Source of the DNA: Candidatus Uhrbacteria bacterium | Lineage (GTDB): Bacteria; Patescibacteriota; Patescibacteriia; UBA9934 | Reading direction: 5' to 3' | Assembly (NCBI GenBank): GCA_943359325.1 | Contig: CALRHD010000003.1 | Location: 12,081 to 76,080, forward strand | DNA: 64,000 bases | Translations under genes and position numbers: made by a program | In this document: positions 31,466-40,698 of the stretch, one piece after another | Layout: every line of letters starts with the position of its first letter | Position numbering within the stretch: position 1 is the first letter of the stretch | Notes under the pieces: model-generated | Databases searched by the model: none | What the model saw: only the letters and a program-made list of their open reading frames with translations | What the model was told of the DNA's origin: nothing

Positions 31466-32493
31466 GCGTTTGGTGGATATTTCCCGTTGGGGCGGCGCTG
31501 TGCCTCGCGATTGCGGTGACAGATGGCGTTCGCGCGTTTGCAATTCTTTGCGGCGTTGTTGACGCGCCAGACAGGCAGCGTAAATTGCACAGTGGCTCAA
31601 CACCGCTTTTTGGTGGCATTGGGCTGTACATCGCGTTTGCCGTACCGACGCTTGCCGTCCTCATATTCACACGTCACTTTACTTCAGGCGACATTGGCGT
31701 CGGCGAATTTGTCGGTTTTTTGACAGGTGGCCTCGTGCTTATTCTTGGCGGCATACTCGACGATCGCTATACACTTCCCCCGCGCGTCACCATCCTTTTT
31801 TCCGTTGTCGCCGTGCTTCTTGCGACACTCTCGGGAATTGGGATCAGCAAGCTTACCAACCCGTTTTCTGCCGAACCATTTTTGCTGACCGCCCTCGTGT
31901 CGATGTCGTTTACATTTTGTTGGTTGATGGTAACGACATACACCACAAAACTTCTCGATGGCGTCGACGGTTTGGCGACGACGGTCATCGTGATCGGTTG
32001 CGCGGTTATCGCACTCCTCTCGTTGACGCCTGCGTACTTCCAGCCCGACGTTGCGCTGCTCGCCGCAATTGCCGCCACCGCCTGCCTCGGGTTTCTCGCA
32101 TGGAATTTCCCACCCGCCCGTATTTTTCTTGGCGAGGGCGGAAGCACATTCCTCGGTTTTATGCTTGGTACGCTCGCCGTTATTTCGGGCGGTAAAGTCG
32201 CCACCGCGCTTCTTGTACTCGGTATCCCTGCACTCGACGTCGCATTCGTCGTCGTCCGTCGACTCTTGCAACGTAAAAACCCCTTCACCTCCTCAGATCG
32301 TCAACACCTTCATCTCCTTCTTCGTGACCACGGCTTCACGTCGCGCCAAATCCTCGCCCTTTACGCGTTTCTCGCAACACTCTTTGGCTTGACGACGCTC
32401 GTGTTTTCGAGCTGGCAAAAAATCGCTGCGCTTGCTACCCTAGGGCTTATCGCGCTCGTGGGCCTCTTGTGGCTGACCCGTCGCCAACCATAA
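31462..32493 (+). CDS. Undecaprenyl-phosphate GlcNAc-1-phosphate transferase (WecA/TagO-like)
   Basis: RKLH..TPLFGG, GILDDR, LDGVDGL, WNFPPARIFLGEGGS and DRQHLH motifs. Confidence 0.88.
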   Translation: MSVWWIFPVGAALCLAIAVTDGVRAFAILCGVVDAPDRQRKLHSGSTPLFGGIGLYIAFAVPTLAVLIFTRHFTSGDIGVGEFVGFLTGGLVLILGGILDDRYTLPPRVTILFSVVAVLLATLSGIGISKLTNPFSAEPFLLTALVSMSFTFCWLMVTTYTTKLLDGVDGLATTVIVIGCAVIALLSLTPAYFQPDVALLAAIAATACLGFLAWNFPPARIFLGEGGSTFLGFMLGTLAVISGGKVATALLVLGIPALDVAFVVVRRLLQRKNPFTSSDRQHLHLLLRDHGFTSRQILALYAFLATLFGLTTLVFSSWQKIAALATLGLIALVGLLWLTRRQP

Positions 32494-32498
32494 AACAT

Positions 32499-33008
32499 AT
32501 GAATGACTCTCTTGTGACGTCGAAAACAACAGGCCGTTTTGTATACATTTTTTTCGGCATTCTCGCAGGCCTTATGGTGCTGTGGATTGCCTACATGGCG
32601 ATAACGGGAAACGAATGGGGAACTGTTCGGCAGGGTGAGGCGGAGACGTACACGGTGCGCATTGCCGACAACCCGATTGAATGGGCAAAGGGGCTATCGG
32701 GCACAAAAGCATCGGATTTGGGCGATGCGATAGGGTTGTTGTTTGTCTATGGTAAGGCCGAAGAGAGGACGTTTTGGATGAAAGGCATGAACTATAATTT
32801 GGACATTTTGTGGATAAAAGAGGGGAGAGTCATGAAAATAGATTATAACGTACCTGCACCTGCCGCTGGTCAGGAACCGATTTCGGTGATGTCGGACCCA
32901 TTACTGGTCGACATGGTGCTTGAAATGCCTGCGGGCGGAGCGGATCGTGTAGGGTATCTCGCGGGTCATCAGCTTTACTTCGATCTTGACGCTCCTGCGC
33001 AAAACTGA
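32499..33008 (+). CDS. DUF192 family protein
   Basis: IADNP..WAKGLSG, GLLFVY, FWMKGM...LDILWI and VLEMPAG motifs. Confidence 0.85.
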   Translation: MNDSLVTSKTTGRFVYIFFGILAGLMVLWIAYMAITGNEWGTVRQGEAETYTVRIADNPIEWAKGLSGTKASDLGDAIGLLFVYGKAEERTFWMKGMNYNLDILWIKEGRVMKIDYNVPAPAAGQEPISVMSDPLLVDMVLEMPAGGADRVGYLAGHQLYFDLDAPAQN

Positions 33009-33083
33009 TAGCATCGCCCCACATTAATCGGCATCTGGAAGGCTGTAAATCTCCCATAGGAGTGCCTGGAGAGCCAAAAACGT

Positions 33084-33395
33084 ATGTACGCAGTTATCGT
33101 AACGGGCGGCAAGCAGTATCTTGTCACCGAAGGTCAAACATTGAAGGTGGAGAAGCTTGAAAATGACGTGGACGCAGCACTTTCGTTCGACTGTTTGCTT
33201 GTTTCCGACGAGTCGGGTGACAACGTAAAAGTTGGCAAACCCATCGTTGACGGCGCAAAAGTCTCTGCAAAAGTCATTGCACAAGGCCGTGCGGACAAAA
33301 TTTCCGTCGTTAAGTACAAGCGAAAGGTTCGCTATCGCCGCAATGTCGGCCATCGTCAGCCATTTACGGAAATTCTCATCGAAAAGATTGCATAA
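33084..33395 (+). CDS. rplU: 50S ribosomal protein L21
   Basis: MYAVIVTGGKQY..GHRQPFTEILIEKI. Confidence 0.97.
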   Translation: MYAVIVTGGKQYLVTEGQTLKVEKLENDVDAALSFDCLLVSDESGDNVKVGKPIVDGAKVSAKVIAQGRADKISVVKYKRKVRYRRNVGHRQPFTEILIEKIA

Positions 33396-33396
33396 A

Positions 33397-33430
33397 GTAA
33401 AGGCGCCCAAAACGGGCGCTTTTGCTTTTC
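33397..33430 (+). terminator. Intrinsic terminator
   Basis: aaggcgccc-aaaac-gggcgcttt followed by a T-rich run. Confidence 0.7.
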
Positions 33431-33454
33431 TGATGAAGTGGTAAAATTCTTGAT

Positions 33455-33979
33455 ATGCGAAAAGACATCCTTGCATTCGTCGGCCCCAGTCAATCGGGCA
33501 AAAATACGCTGATTATAGATATGCTGGCGATGTATCCCGAGAAAGTTGGCGTGAGCATGTCGGTGACAACACGCTCGTGGCGAGGGAGCGACGATGACAT
33601 TTTTTATCGCTTCATGTCGAAGGAGGCATTTGAAGCGCTTGTGAAAGACGGCGGATTTGCGCATTGGGTTGCTCATGCGGGGAATTATTATGGTACGCCG
33701 CGAGCAGACGTCGACGCAACGCTCGCCACGAAATATGCCGCAGGAGCGTTTGTCGAACAGGGAGTGATGAATTTACGCAATGCAGACTACACGGTGCGCG
33801 TCATCAAAATCCGTCCCGTTGGCCATGTGCAGTCCACCGACCCGAAGCGACAGGTCGAAGACGCTGTTCGTGACCAGATAGACATTCACCCCGAGATCGT
33901 CATTGAGAACGACTTTTCGCCGGGTGGGAGAGAACGCGCCGCGGCACAATTGGCACATTATATCGAGGCGCTGCCATGA
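33455..33979 (+). CDS. gmk: Guanylate kinase (divergent)
   Basis: P-loop GPSQSGKNT, SVTTR..R, Y.FMSKEAF and GNYYGTP motifs. Confidence 0.75.
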   Translation: MRKDILAFVGPSQSGKNTLIIDMLAMYPEKVGVSMSVTTRSWRGSDDDIFYRFMSKEAFEALVKDGGFAHWVAHAGNYYGTPRADVDATLATKYAAGAFVEQGVMNLRNADYTVRVIKIRPVGHVQSTDPKRQVEDAVRDQIDIHPEIVIENDFSPGGRERAAAQLAHYIEALP

Positions 33980-34020
33980 CTTTTCCGTACTCCTTTCGCT
34001 TGTGGTAAACTGTGCCCCGT

Positions 34021-35238
34021 ATGTTTCGTTTGAATGATGTTACCCCTCGTACTACTTTGCTTGCAGGATTGCTTTTTTCTGCTGTCGTGTTCGCATTTGG
34101 CTATTCCATTGGCAGCGGCACGCGCCTCGACCGTCTGCATTGGGGCGGTATACGTGTCGACGACACTCCGCTCGATGTTGCGAAAGAGGTCAATTTTGAA
34201 GCGTTTTGGGATGTGTGGCATTTGGTGAGCGACAAATACGTCGACCAGCCTGTGGATAAGCAAAAAATGCTTGATGGCGCCATTGAAGGCATGGTCGCAG
34301 GGCTTGGAGATCCGTATACGACGTATTTCACACCCGAGCTTGCGCAAGAATTCAATCAAGAAGTCGACGGCGTCTTTTACGGAATTGGTGCGGAAATTGG
34401 TGAACGCGACGACGGCATTATGATTATTGCGCCGCTGCCAAACACTCCTGCCGAAACCGCAGGTCTTGTGGCGGGCGACCTCATTCTTTCTATCGACGGT
34501 ACGACAACGAATGGCATGAGTGTGTACGAAGCGGTGCGACGCATTCGCGGTGACATCGGCACGCAAGTCATATTGTCGATATATCATGTAGGCGACGATG
34601 CGAGCCACGATGTTGCCATTATCCGTGACGAAATTACGATAGATAGCGTTACATGGACGTTACGCACCGACGGTATTGCCGTTATTACGATTTCGATGTT
34701 CAATGAAGATACTGTGCCGCTCATGCGGCAAGCGGCCGAGGAGATTGTCGCCGCACATCCGAAGGGCATGGTCGTTGATTTGCGCAACGACCCTGGGGGG
34801 CTTTTGAACGCTGCGATTGACGTTGCGTCAATGTGGGTAGGAAATAGTGTTGTGGTGATCGAAAAAACGCTCGAGGGTGAAGAATCGTACGGGGGGAGTG
34901 GGACGCCTGTATTTGCGAATATCCCGACAGTGGTACTGGTGAATGCCGGCTCGGCGTCTGCGTCGGAAATTCTTTCAGGCGCGCTGCAAGACTATGGCCT
35001 CGCGACGGTCATGGGTGAACAAACATTCGGGAAAGGTTCGGTACAGGAGTATCACGATGGGCTTGTTGGTGGTTCTGCCGTCAAAATCACGATTGCGCAT
35101 TGGCTCACGCCAAATGGTCGTACGATTAACGGAACGGGACTCACACCGGACACCGTGATAACGGAAACATTAGACGACATGCATGCTGGGAAAACGCCAC
35201 AAATGGACGCGGCGATCAGTTTCCTCAAGAAAAACTGA
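34021..35238 (+). CDS. Carboxy-terminal processing protease, S41 family with PDZ domain
   Basis: DPYT, GIGAEI, DLRNDPGGLL, SASASEI and TFGKGSVQ motifs. Confidence 0.92.
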   Translation: MFRLNDVTPRTTLLAGLLFSAVVFAFGYSIGSGTRLDRLHWGGIRVDDTPLDVAKEVNFEAFWDVWHLVSDKYVDQPVDKQKMLDGAIEGMVAGLGDPYTTYFTPELAQEFNQEVDGVFYGIGAEIGERDDGIMIIAPLPNTPAETAGLVAGDLILSIDGTTTNGMSVYEAVRRIRGDIGTQVILSIYHVGDDASHDVAIIRDEITIDSVTWTLRTDGIAVITISMFNEDTVPLMRQAAEEIVAAHPKGMVVDLRNDPGGLLNAAIDVASMWVGNSVVVIEKTLEGEESYGGSGTPVFANIPTVVLVNAGSASASEILSGALQDYGLATVMGEQTFGKGSVQEYHDGLVGGSAVKITIAHWLTPNGRTINGTGLTPDTVITETLDDMHAGKTPQMDAAISFLKKN

Positions 35239-35818
35239 TGGCGGCCGCGAGCGACATCGTACTGAAGTGTCTGCAGGGGGACTCGTGCTTCAGCGTGTCC
35301 GCGGTCAGGTGTCGTTTGCCATGGTGGTGGATTCTTATGGCAAGTGGGCGTTTCCAAAAGGGCATGTGCGAATGGGGGAGTCATATCGGTCTGCGGCGGT
35401 GCGAGAAATTGGTGAAGAAATGGGGCTCGCGAAATTGCGCTTCGTTGCTCGGCTCGATACGATAGATATCTGGTTTCGCGACAGGTACGTTCATAAAGGC
35501 GAACTCATCCATAAATACATCCATTACTTTCTCTTCGAGGCGCCGCCAGACGCGATACTTACGAAGCCAGAATCGCAGGAAGACGGCGAACAAATCCAGT
35601 CGGTCGGGTGGGTACCCGCTGCCGAACTTGCCACGCGATCCAGTTACCCCGACATGGTCGACATAATCGAAAAAGCATTACGCATATGCAAGTTATTCTC
35701 CTCGAAGACGTCAAAGCCCACGGACACAAAGGCGATGTCGTGGAAGTATCGGAAGGGTACGCCCGCAATTTCCTCTTCCCCGCACACCTCGCCATTGAAG
35801 CCTCTAAGTCATCGCTAA
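35183..35818 (+). CDS. NUDIX hydrolase
   Basis: SAGGLV and the Nudix box W.FPKGH...GES...AAVREI.EEMG; both ends overlap neighbouring genes. Confidence 0.8.
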   Translation: MLGKRHKWTRRSVSSRKTDGGRERHRTEVSAGGLVLQRVRGQVSFAMVVDSYGKWAFPKGHVRMGESYRSAAVREIGEEMGLAKLRFVARLDTIDIWFRDRYVHKGELIHKYIHYFLFEAPPDAILTKPESQEDGEQIQSVGWVPAAELATRSSYPDMVDIIEKALRICKLFSSKTSKPTDTKAMSWKYRKGTPAISSSPHTSPLKPLSHR

Positions 35819-36123
35819 GGGCGATGGAGGAAAAGGATGAGAGAGGAAAGAGGAAGGTTGAGAAGACGGAGCACGAGGAGCGCAAACAGGCGGCGGCGCT
35901 TGATGGGTTGGAGGTGATGGTGCAGGCAAAGTCGGAGGGTGGCAAGTTGTTTGCGGCGGTGGGGGCGAAGCAGGTCCGTGAGGCGTTGAAAGGGTTGGGA
36001 TATAGCGTCGACGAAGAGCAGATTGAAATGACGCCCATGAAAAATGTCGGTAGCGAAACCGCAATCGTCAATTTTGATAGTGGCTACGAGGCGACGATTA
36101 CGATAATTGTGGAAGCGGGGTAG
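35686..36123 (+). CDS. rplI: 50S ribosomal protein L9
   Basis: MQVILLEDV..G.KGDVVEVSEGYARNFLFP and GKLF motifs. Confidence 0.95.
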   Translation: MQVILLEDVKAHGHKGDVVEVSEGYARNFLFPAHLAIEASKSSLRAMEEKDERGKRKVEKTEHEERKQAAALDGLEVMVQAKSEGGKLFAAVGAKQVREALKGLGYSVDEEQIEMTPMKNVGSETAIVNFDSGYEATITIIVEAG

Positions 36124-36140
36124 TTTCTAGGATTGAGTAT

Positions 36141-37769
36141 ATGCATCACAAATTTATTTTTGTTGTCGGGGGCGTCATGAGTGGCGTCGGGAAGGGGACG
36201 TCAACAGCGGCGCTCGGGCTTATTCTGCGTGCGAAGGGTTTTACGGTGACGGCAATCAAAATTGATCCGTACGTCAATGTCGATGCAGGAACAATGAACC
36301 CTGTGGAGCACGGTGAAGTTTTTGTGACAGTGGATGGCGACGAGACCGATCAAGACATTGGTAACTACGAACGGTTCCTCGACATCGACATTACGAAGAA
36401 GAATTACATGACGACGGGGCGCGTGTATCTCTCCGTTATCGAGAAGGAGCGGCGCGGTGATTATCATGGCAAGTGCGTGGAGGTTGTGCCGCGTGTGCCC
36501 GAAGAAGTTATTGCACGCATCGACATTGCCGCAGAGGCAGCGAAGGCAGATTTTGTGCTTATTGAAATCGGGGGAACGGTGGGTGAGTACGAGAACATTT
36601 TGTTCCTTGAGGCACTGCGCATGATGCGCATGCGCGACCCCGATTCTGTGCGGACAATTTTGGTAAGTTATTTGCCCGTGCCGCCGTCGATTGGCGAAAT
36701 GAAAACGAAGCCAACACAACATGCCGTGCGCGAAATCAACCGCGTCGGTATTGCACCCGACTTTATCATTTGCCGCTCCGAGGCCGCGCTCGACGCGCCA
36801 CGGCGTGAAAAGTTGAGTAGATTTTGCGGTGTGCCCGAGGCGCACATTATTACTGCTGCGAATGCAAAGTCGATTTACGAAGTGCCGATGATGTTTGAGG
36901 AACAGGGGTTTGCGGATACGGTGTTAAAGTCGTTTCATGCAGAAGCAAAGCCTGCAGATCTGTCGTCATGGCAGAAGCTTGTCGAAAAGATTGGAGGCGT
37001 AAAAAATGAAGTGCGGATTGGTGTTATTGGGAAATACTTTTCTACGGGCGACTTTATACTTTCGGACGCGTATCTTTCTGTGCTCGAGGCGCTGAAGCAC
37101 GGCGCATGGGCAAATGGGTGCAAGCCTGTTATTGAATGGCTCAATTCGGAGGAATACGAGAAACACCCCGAAAAACTGGGTGAACTCGATACGTTCGATG
37201 GCATTTTGATTCCAGGAGGTTTTGGTTCGCGCGGGGTCGAAGGAAAAATTGCTGCAATTGGATATGCGCGAAAAAACAAGATTCCGTATTTTGGTATTTG
37301 CTACGGCATGCAATGTGCGGTGATTGAGTTTGCGCGTACTGAACTTGGTTGGAACGACGCGAACACGACGGAGATAGACACCGCGACGACACACCCAGTG
37401 ATTCACATTATGAGTGATCAAAACACGAAGCTGGATGTGCAGGGAATTGGGGGGACGTTGCGGTTGGGGAGTTATCCGTGCGTGTTGGCGGAAAACTCAG
37501 TGTCGATGGCTGCGTACGGTGAAACAAATATTTCCGAGCGCCACCGTCACCGCTACGAATTCAACAGCGACTATCGAGAAGATCTGGTTCGTGCGGGGCT
37601 TGTCATTGCGGGAACATCGCCCGACGATCGTTTGGTAGAAATCGTCGAAGTTGCCGACCATCCGTTTTTTGTTGGTGTCCAATTCCATCCTGAATTCCAG
37701 TCTCGCCCACTTTCTCCACATCCGCTTTTCGTTGCATTCATCAAAGCGGCAAAATCGCGTGTGGCTTAG
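36141..37769 (+). CDS. pyrG: CTP synthase
   Basis: GGVMSGVGKG, KIDPYVNVDAGTM, GICYGMQ, ERHRHRYE and QFHPEF motifs. Confidence 0.97.
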   Translation: MHHKFIFVVGGVMSGVGKGTSTAALGLILRAKGFTVTAIKIDPYVNVDAGTMNPVEHGEVFVTVDGDETDQDIGNYERFLDIDITKKNYMTTGRVYLSVIEKERRGDYHGKCVEVVPRVPEEVIARIDIAAEAAKADFVLIEIGGTVGEYENILFLEALRMMRMRDPDSVRTILVSYLPVPPSIGEMKTKPTQHAVREINRVGIAPDFIICRSEAALDAPRREKLSRFCGVPEAHIITAANAKSIYEVPMMFEEQGFADTVLKSFHAEAKPADLSSWQKLVEKIGGVKNEVRIGVIGKYFSTGDFILSDAYLSVLEALKHGAWANGCKPVIEWLNSEEYEKHPEKLGELDTFDGILIPGGFGSRGVEGKIAAIGYARKNKIPYFGICYGMQCAVIEFARTELGWNDANTTEIDTATTHPVIHIMSDQNTKLDVQGIGGTLRLGSYPCVLAENSVSMAAYGETNISERHRHRYEFNSDYREDLVRAGLVIAGTSPDDRLVEIVEVADHPFFVGVQFHPEFQSRPLSPHPLFVAFIKAAKSRVA

Positions 37770-37793
37770 CCACACGACGGGTGGCTAAGCCAC
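37758..37793. repeat. REP doublet, left flank of RAYT
   Basis: cgtgtggcttagccacacg-acgg-gtggctaagccac; supplies the pyrG stop codon. Confidence 0.85.
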
Positions 37794-37797
37794 AGGT

Positions 37798-38484
37798 ATG
37801 CGTAAGATACAGCTTGCGGAAGGAAACTACTATCACGTCTATAATCGCGGTGTTGATAAGCGATGTATTTTTAAGGATGAACATGACTATGCTAGGTTCT
37901 ACGCATCACTTTACCTCTTTAATGATGCAAACTATAGCAATTCTGGACATGATGTGCTTCATAATGATGTTCTACTTGCTGCGCATGACGTTTTGCAGCA
38001 CGATCGTGATCCATTTGTTCGCATCGTAAGTTTCTGTTTAATGCCAAACCATTTTCACCTCTTGCTTTATCAGAAGAAAGAAAATGGTATAGCAAAATTT
38101 ATGCAGAAACTCGGCACAGGTTATACGGGCTACTTTAATAGAAAAAATGATCGCAGTGGCAGTCTCTTTGAGGCGACGTATAAAACAATACACGTCGCGC
38201 ATGACGGACAATTTCAACACATGCCCCGATACATTCACTGTAACGCACTTGATCTATCCACGATCTCATGGCGTGACGGAGGTGTAGTTGACTGGAGTAT
38301 CGCGCAAAAAGCACTCGATGTCTTTCCATGGTCTAGTCATTCCGTGTACATGGAGGTGGATCAGGAATTGCCTGTGGTCGATGAATGGGAGGTGAGGAAT
38401 ATGTTTCCTGATCGGTTATCATACTCTTCGTTTTTAGAAGAGTGGGCGACAAGAGGTTTCGTTGACGGGCGCCGTGTGGTTTAG
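37798..38484 (+). mobile_element. REP-associated tyrosine transposase (RAYT, IS200-like Y1 HUH)
   Basis: YYHVYNRGVDKR.IF, CLMPNHFHLLL (HUH), Y.FN.K..R.GSLF and RYIH.N motifs; AT-richer than flanks; bounded by palindromes. Confidence 0.9.
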
Positions 38485-38511
38485 CCACACGACGGGTGGC
38501 TAAACCACACG
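38473..38511. repeat. REP doublet, right flank of RAYT
   Basis: cgtgtggtttagccacacg-acgg-gtggctaaaccacacg; supplies the transposase stop codon. Confidence 0.85.
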
Positions 38512-38512
38512 C

Positions 38513-38546
38513 AAACAAAAATGAGGCGTTTGGCCTCATTTTGTTT
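38513..38546. terminator. Bidirectional terminator
   Basis: aaacaaaaatgaggc-gtttg-gcctcattttgttt between convergent genes. Confidence 0.75.
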
Positions 38547-38551
38547 CCTGC

Positions 38552-38824
38552 TTACTTTACGTGGACGAATGTTCGTAGCTTGAGCGCACCAGTAAAGTCT
38601 GGCATTTTTTTCTTCATGAAATGCACAATACCATTCGTGCAGGCGTAGAGTGTGTCGTCCTTACCGATCTTGACGCCAACCCCAGGGTGCATTTTTGTGC
38701 CGCGCTGACGCACAAGAATTTCACCTGAAAGCACCTTGGTGCCGTCCGAGCGTTTTACGCCGAGTCGTTTTGCAACGGAATCTCGGCCGTTGGTTGTAGA
38801 GCCCTGCGCTTTTTTATGTGCCAT
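38552..38824 (-). CDS. rpmA: 50S ribosomal protein L27
   Basis: [30 protein letters not shown]. Confidence 0.97.
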   Translation of the reverse strand: MAHKKAQGSTTNGRDSVAKRLGVKRSDGTKVLSGEILVRQRGTKMHPGVGVKIGKDDTLYACTNGIVHFMKKKMPDFTGALKLRTFVHVK

Positions 38825-38828
38825 ATGT

Positions 38829-38953
38829 TTAAAACCTGCCCAAGTTGGTCATCTGCGTTGTCGCTTTTCCGGTTCTCGCTCACCGTAGGATTACCTACGC
38901 CTCGCTTCGATCCTCGTCGCTCCTAGCATCTGAGCCAACTTAGCAGGTTTTAA
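38829..38953. mobile_element. MITE-like non-autonomous element (125 bp)
   Basis: Terminal IR TTAAAACCTGC..AAGTTGG / CCAACTT..GCAGGTTTTAA with internal hairpin cgtagg-atta-cctacg. Confidence 0.6.
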
Positions 38954-39025
38954 TTAGTAAGTTTGTGAGAATACTAGCCTACACGCGGTTTGTCGTCAAG
39001 TCGACGGCGTGGTACACTTAGAGAC

Positions 39026-39250
39026 ATGGAAACCCCACTTGAAGCTGTTTTGCGGGAGATTGGTGAGTGTTTACAACTGCATGCGGGCGGCATTGAGCTT
39101 GTCGACTTTTCAGAGGAAACGGGTGATGTGCGTGTTCGGCTCGTCGGAACCTGTGGACACTGCCCACTTGCGGCATTCACCCTTTCTCATACCGTGACGC
39201 TCGCTCTAAAAGAACGCTTGCCGTGGGTCAAGAATGTTATTGCCATGTAA
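39026..39250 (+). CDS. NifU C-terminal domain protein
   Basis: L.LHAGGIELV, VRLVGTCGHCPLA..TL. Confidence 0.85.
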   Translation: METPLEAVLREIGECLQLHAGGIELVDFSEETGDVRVRLVGTCGHCPLAAFTLSHTVTLALKERLPWVKNVIAM

Positions 39251-39251
39251 T

Positions 39252-39635
39252 GTGCCACTTTTTCATCGCCACAATTTTCGAGACATGATGCGAGTGCCAT
39301 TGGTTCGTTTTGCAGGAATTTTTTCGGTCGTCTGTTTGCTGTCGGGCGTGCTCGTCATTGCAATCGCACTTTTTCCTGCGGCACTCACCGCGCCAGTCGT
39401 TTCTCTCCACTATAATATCCATTTCGGTGTTGACGCGGTCGGTGCGTGGTGGCGACTGTTTGTGCCGACAGCGCTCGGTGTGGTGTTGACGCTCGGCAAT
39501 TTTTGGTATGCAGCTCGTGTATGGCAGCGCGAACACGTTATTGCGTACGCATTTCTTGTTGCAACCGTACTTATCAACATTTTCGTTCTCCTTCACATCG
39601 TCTGTATTGTTCTTTTGAACCTTTCGTATGGTTGA
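39252..39635 (+). CDS. Conserved membrane protein upstream of mraY
   Basis: Three TMs and LHYNIHFGVD.VG.W motif; start codon uncertain. Confidence 0.7.
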   Translation: MPLFHRHNFRDMMRVPLVRFAGIFSVVCLLSGVLVIAIALFPAALTAPVVSLHYNIHFGVDAVGAWWRLFVPTALGVVLTLGNFWYAARVWQREHVIAYAFLVATVLINIFVLLHIVCIVLLNLSYG

Positions 39636-40698
39636 TGTGTTCGTGTTGAGCAAAATCCTTGCGCTTGCAACCATTTCCTCGGTGGTTGCATTTGCATGGA
39701 CTCCTGCGTTGACGCACTTTTTGTACAAATATAAAATGGGCAAATCTATTCGTAGCGCCGTTCATGCACCACTCTTTGCAAAAATGCACGCAAAAAAAGC
39801 GGGGGTGCCAACCATGGGCGGTCTCCTCATGTGGGTGACGCCGCTTGTACTTGCATTTTTCTTTTTCGGTGTACACGTACTGTTTCCTGATTCGGTTATT
39901 GGAAGCCTCAACTTTTTGTCGCGCTCGCAAACGTGGTTGCCACTTGCCGCACTTGTTGCCGCAGGCGTTGTTGGCCTTGCGGACGATTTTCTCAATGTGC
40001 GCGGAATCGGTTCACATGGTGGTGGCATTCACATTCGTCATCGTCTTGTGCTGTATACCATAATCGCCGCAATCGGTGCGTGGTGGTTTTACACAAAACT
40101 CGACTGGAATTCGTTGCACATTCCGTTCGTCGGCGACGTTACAATCGGCTGGTGGTACGTTCCGCTGTTTATCGGCGTTCTTGTGTTGACGTCATTTTCT
40201 GTCAATCAAACCGACGGCCTCGACGGGCTTGCGGGCGGTACGCTTGCATCGGCGTTTGGTGCATATGCGGTCATTGCACTCTTACAGGGACGTGTCGACT
40301 TGGCAGCATTCTGTGCGGTGATCATGGGTGCGCTCTTCGCGTTTCTGTGGTTCAACATTTTTCCTGCCCGATTTATGATGGGCGACACGGGTGCGATGTC
40401 GCTTGGTGTGACGCTCGGCGTCGTCGCAATGCTCACCGACTCCGCTCTTCTTCTGCCCTTCATCGGCATTGTGTTTGTGCTCGAGGCGGTGACAACGGTC
40501 ATACAGATCGTGTCGAAAAAAGTTTTTGGTCGAAAAGTTTTTCTCATCGCACCCATTCATCACCATTTTGAAGCGAAAGGCTGGCCAGAACCAAAAGTCG
40601 TTATGCGTTTTTGGTTGTTGTCTTGTATTGGGGCGTCGCTCGGACTCATCATCGCGCTTCTTGACGCCGCCGTGCTCGGAAGTGCCGTGCCACTATGA
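39628..40698 (+). CDS. mraY: Phospho-N-acetylmuramoyl-pentapeptide transferase
   Basis: KAGVPTMGG, GLADD, NQTDGLDGL, FMMGDTG and APIHHHFE motifs. Confidence 0.95.
   Translation: MVDVFVLSKILALATISSVVAFAWTPALTHFLYKYKMGKSIRSAVHAPLFAKMHAKKAGVPTMGGLLMWVTPLVLAFFFFGVHVLFPDSVIGSLNFLSRSQTWLPLAALVAAGVVGLADDFLNVRGIGSHGGGIHIRHRLVLYTIIAAIGAWWFYTKLDWNSLHIPFVGDVTIGWWYVPLFIGVLVLTSFSVNQTDGLDGLAGGTLASAFGAYAVIALLQGRVDLAAFCAVIMGALFAFLWFNIFPARFMMGDTGAMSLGVTLGVVAMLTDSALLLPFIGIVFVLEAVTTVIQIVSKKVFGRKVFLIAPIHHHFEAKGWPEPKVVMRFWLLSCIGASLGLIIALLDAAVLGSAVPL

Noticed and set aside
31849-36980. Avoidance of AAGCTT as support for long-term HindIII-type activity
   Set aside because: Sites are present in core genes (31849, 33153, 36975 and others). 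Depletion cannot be judged by eye.
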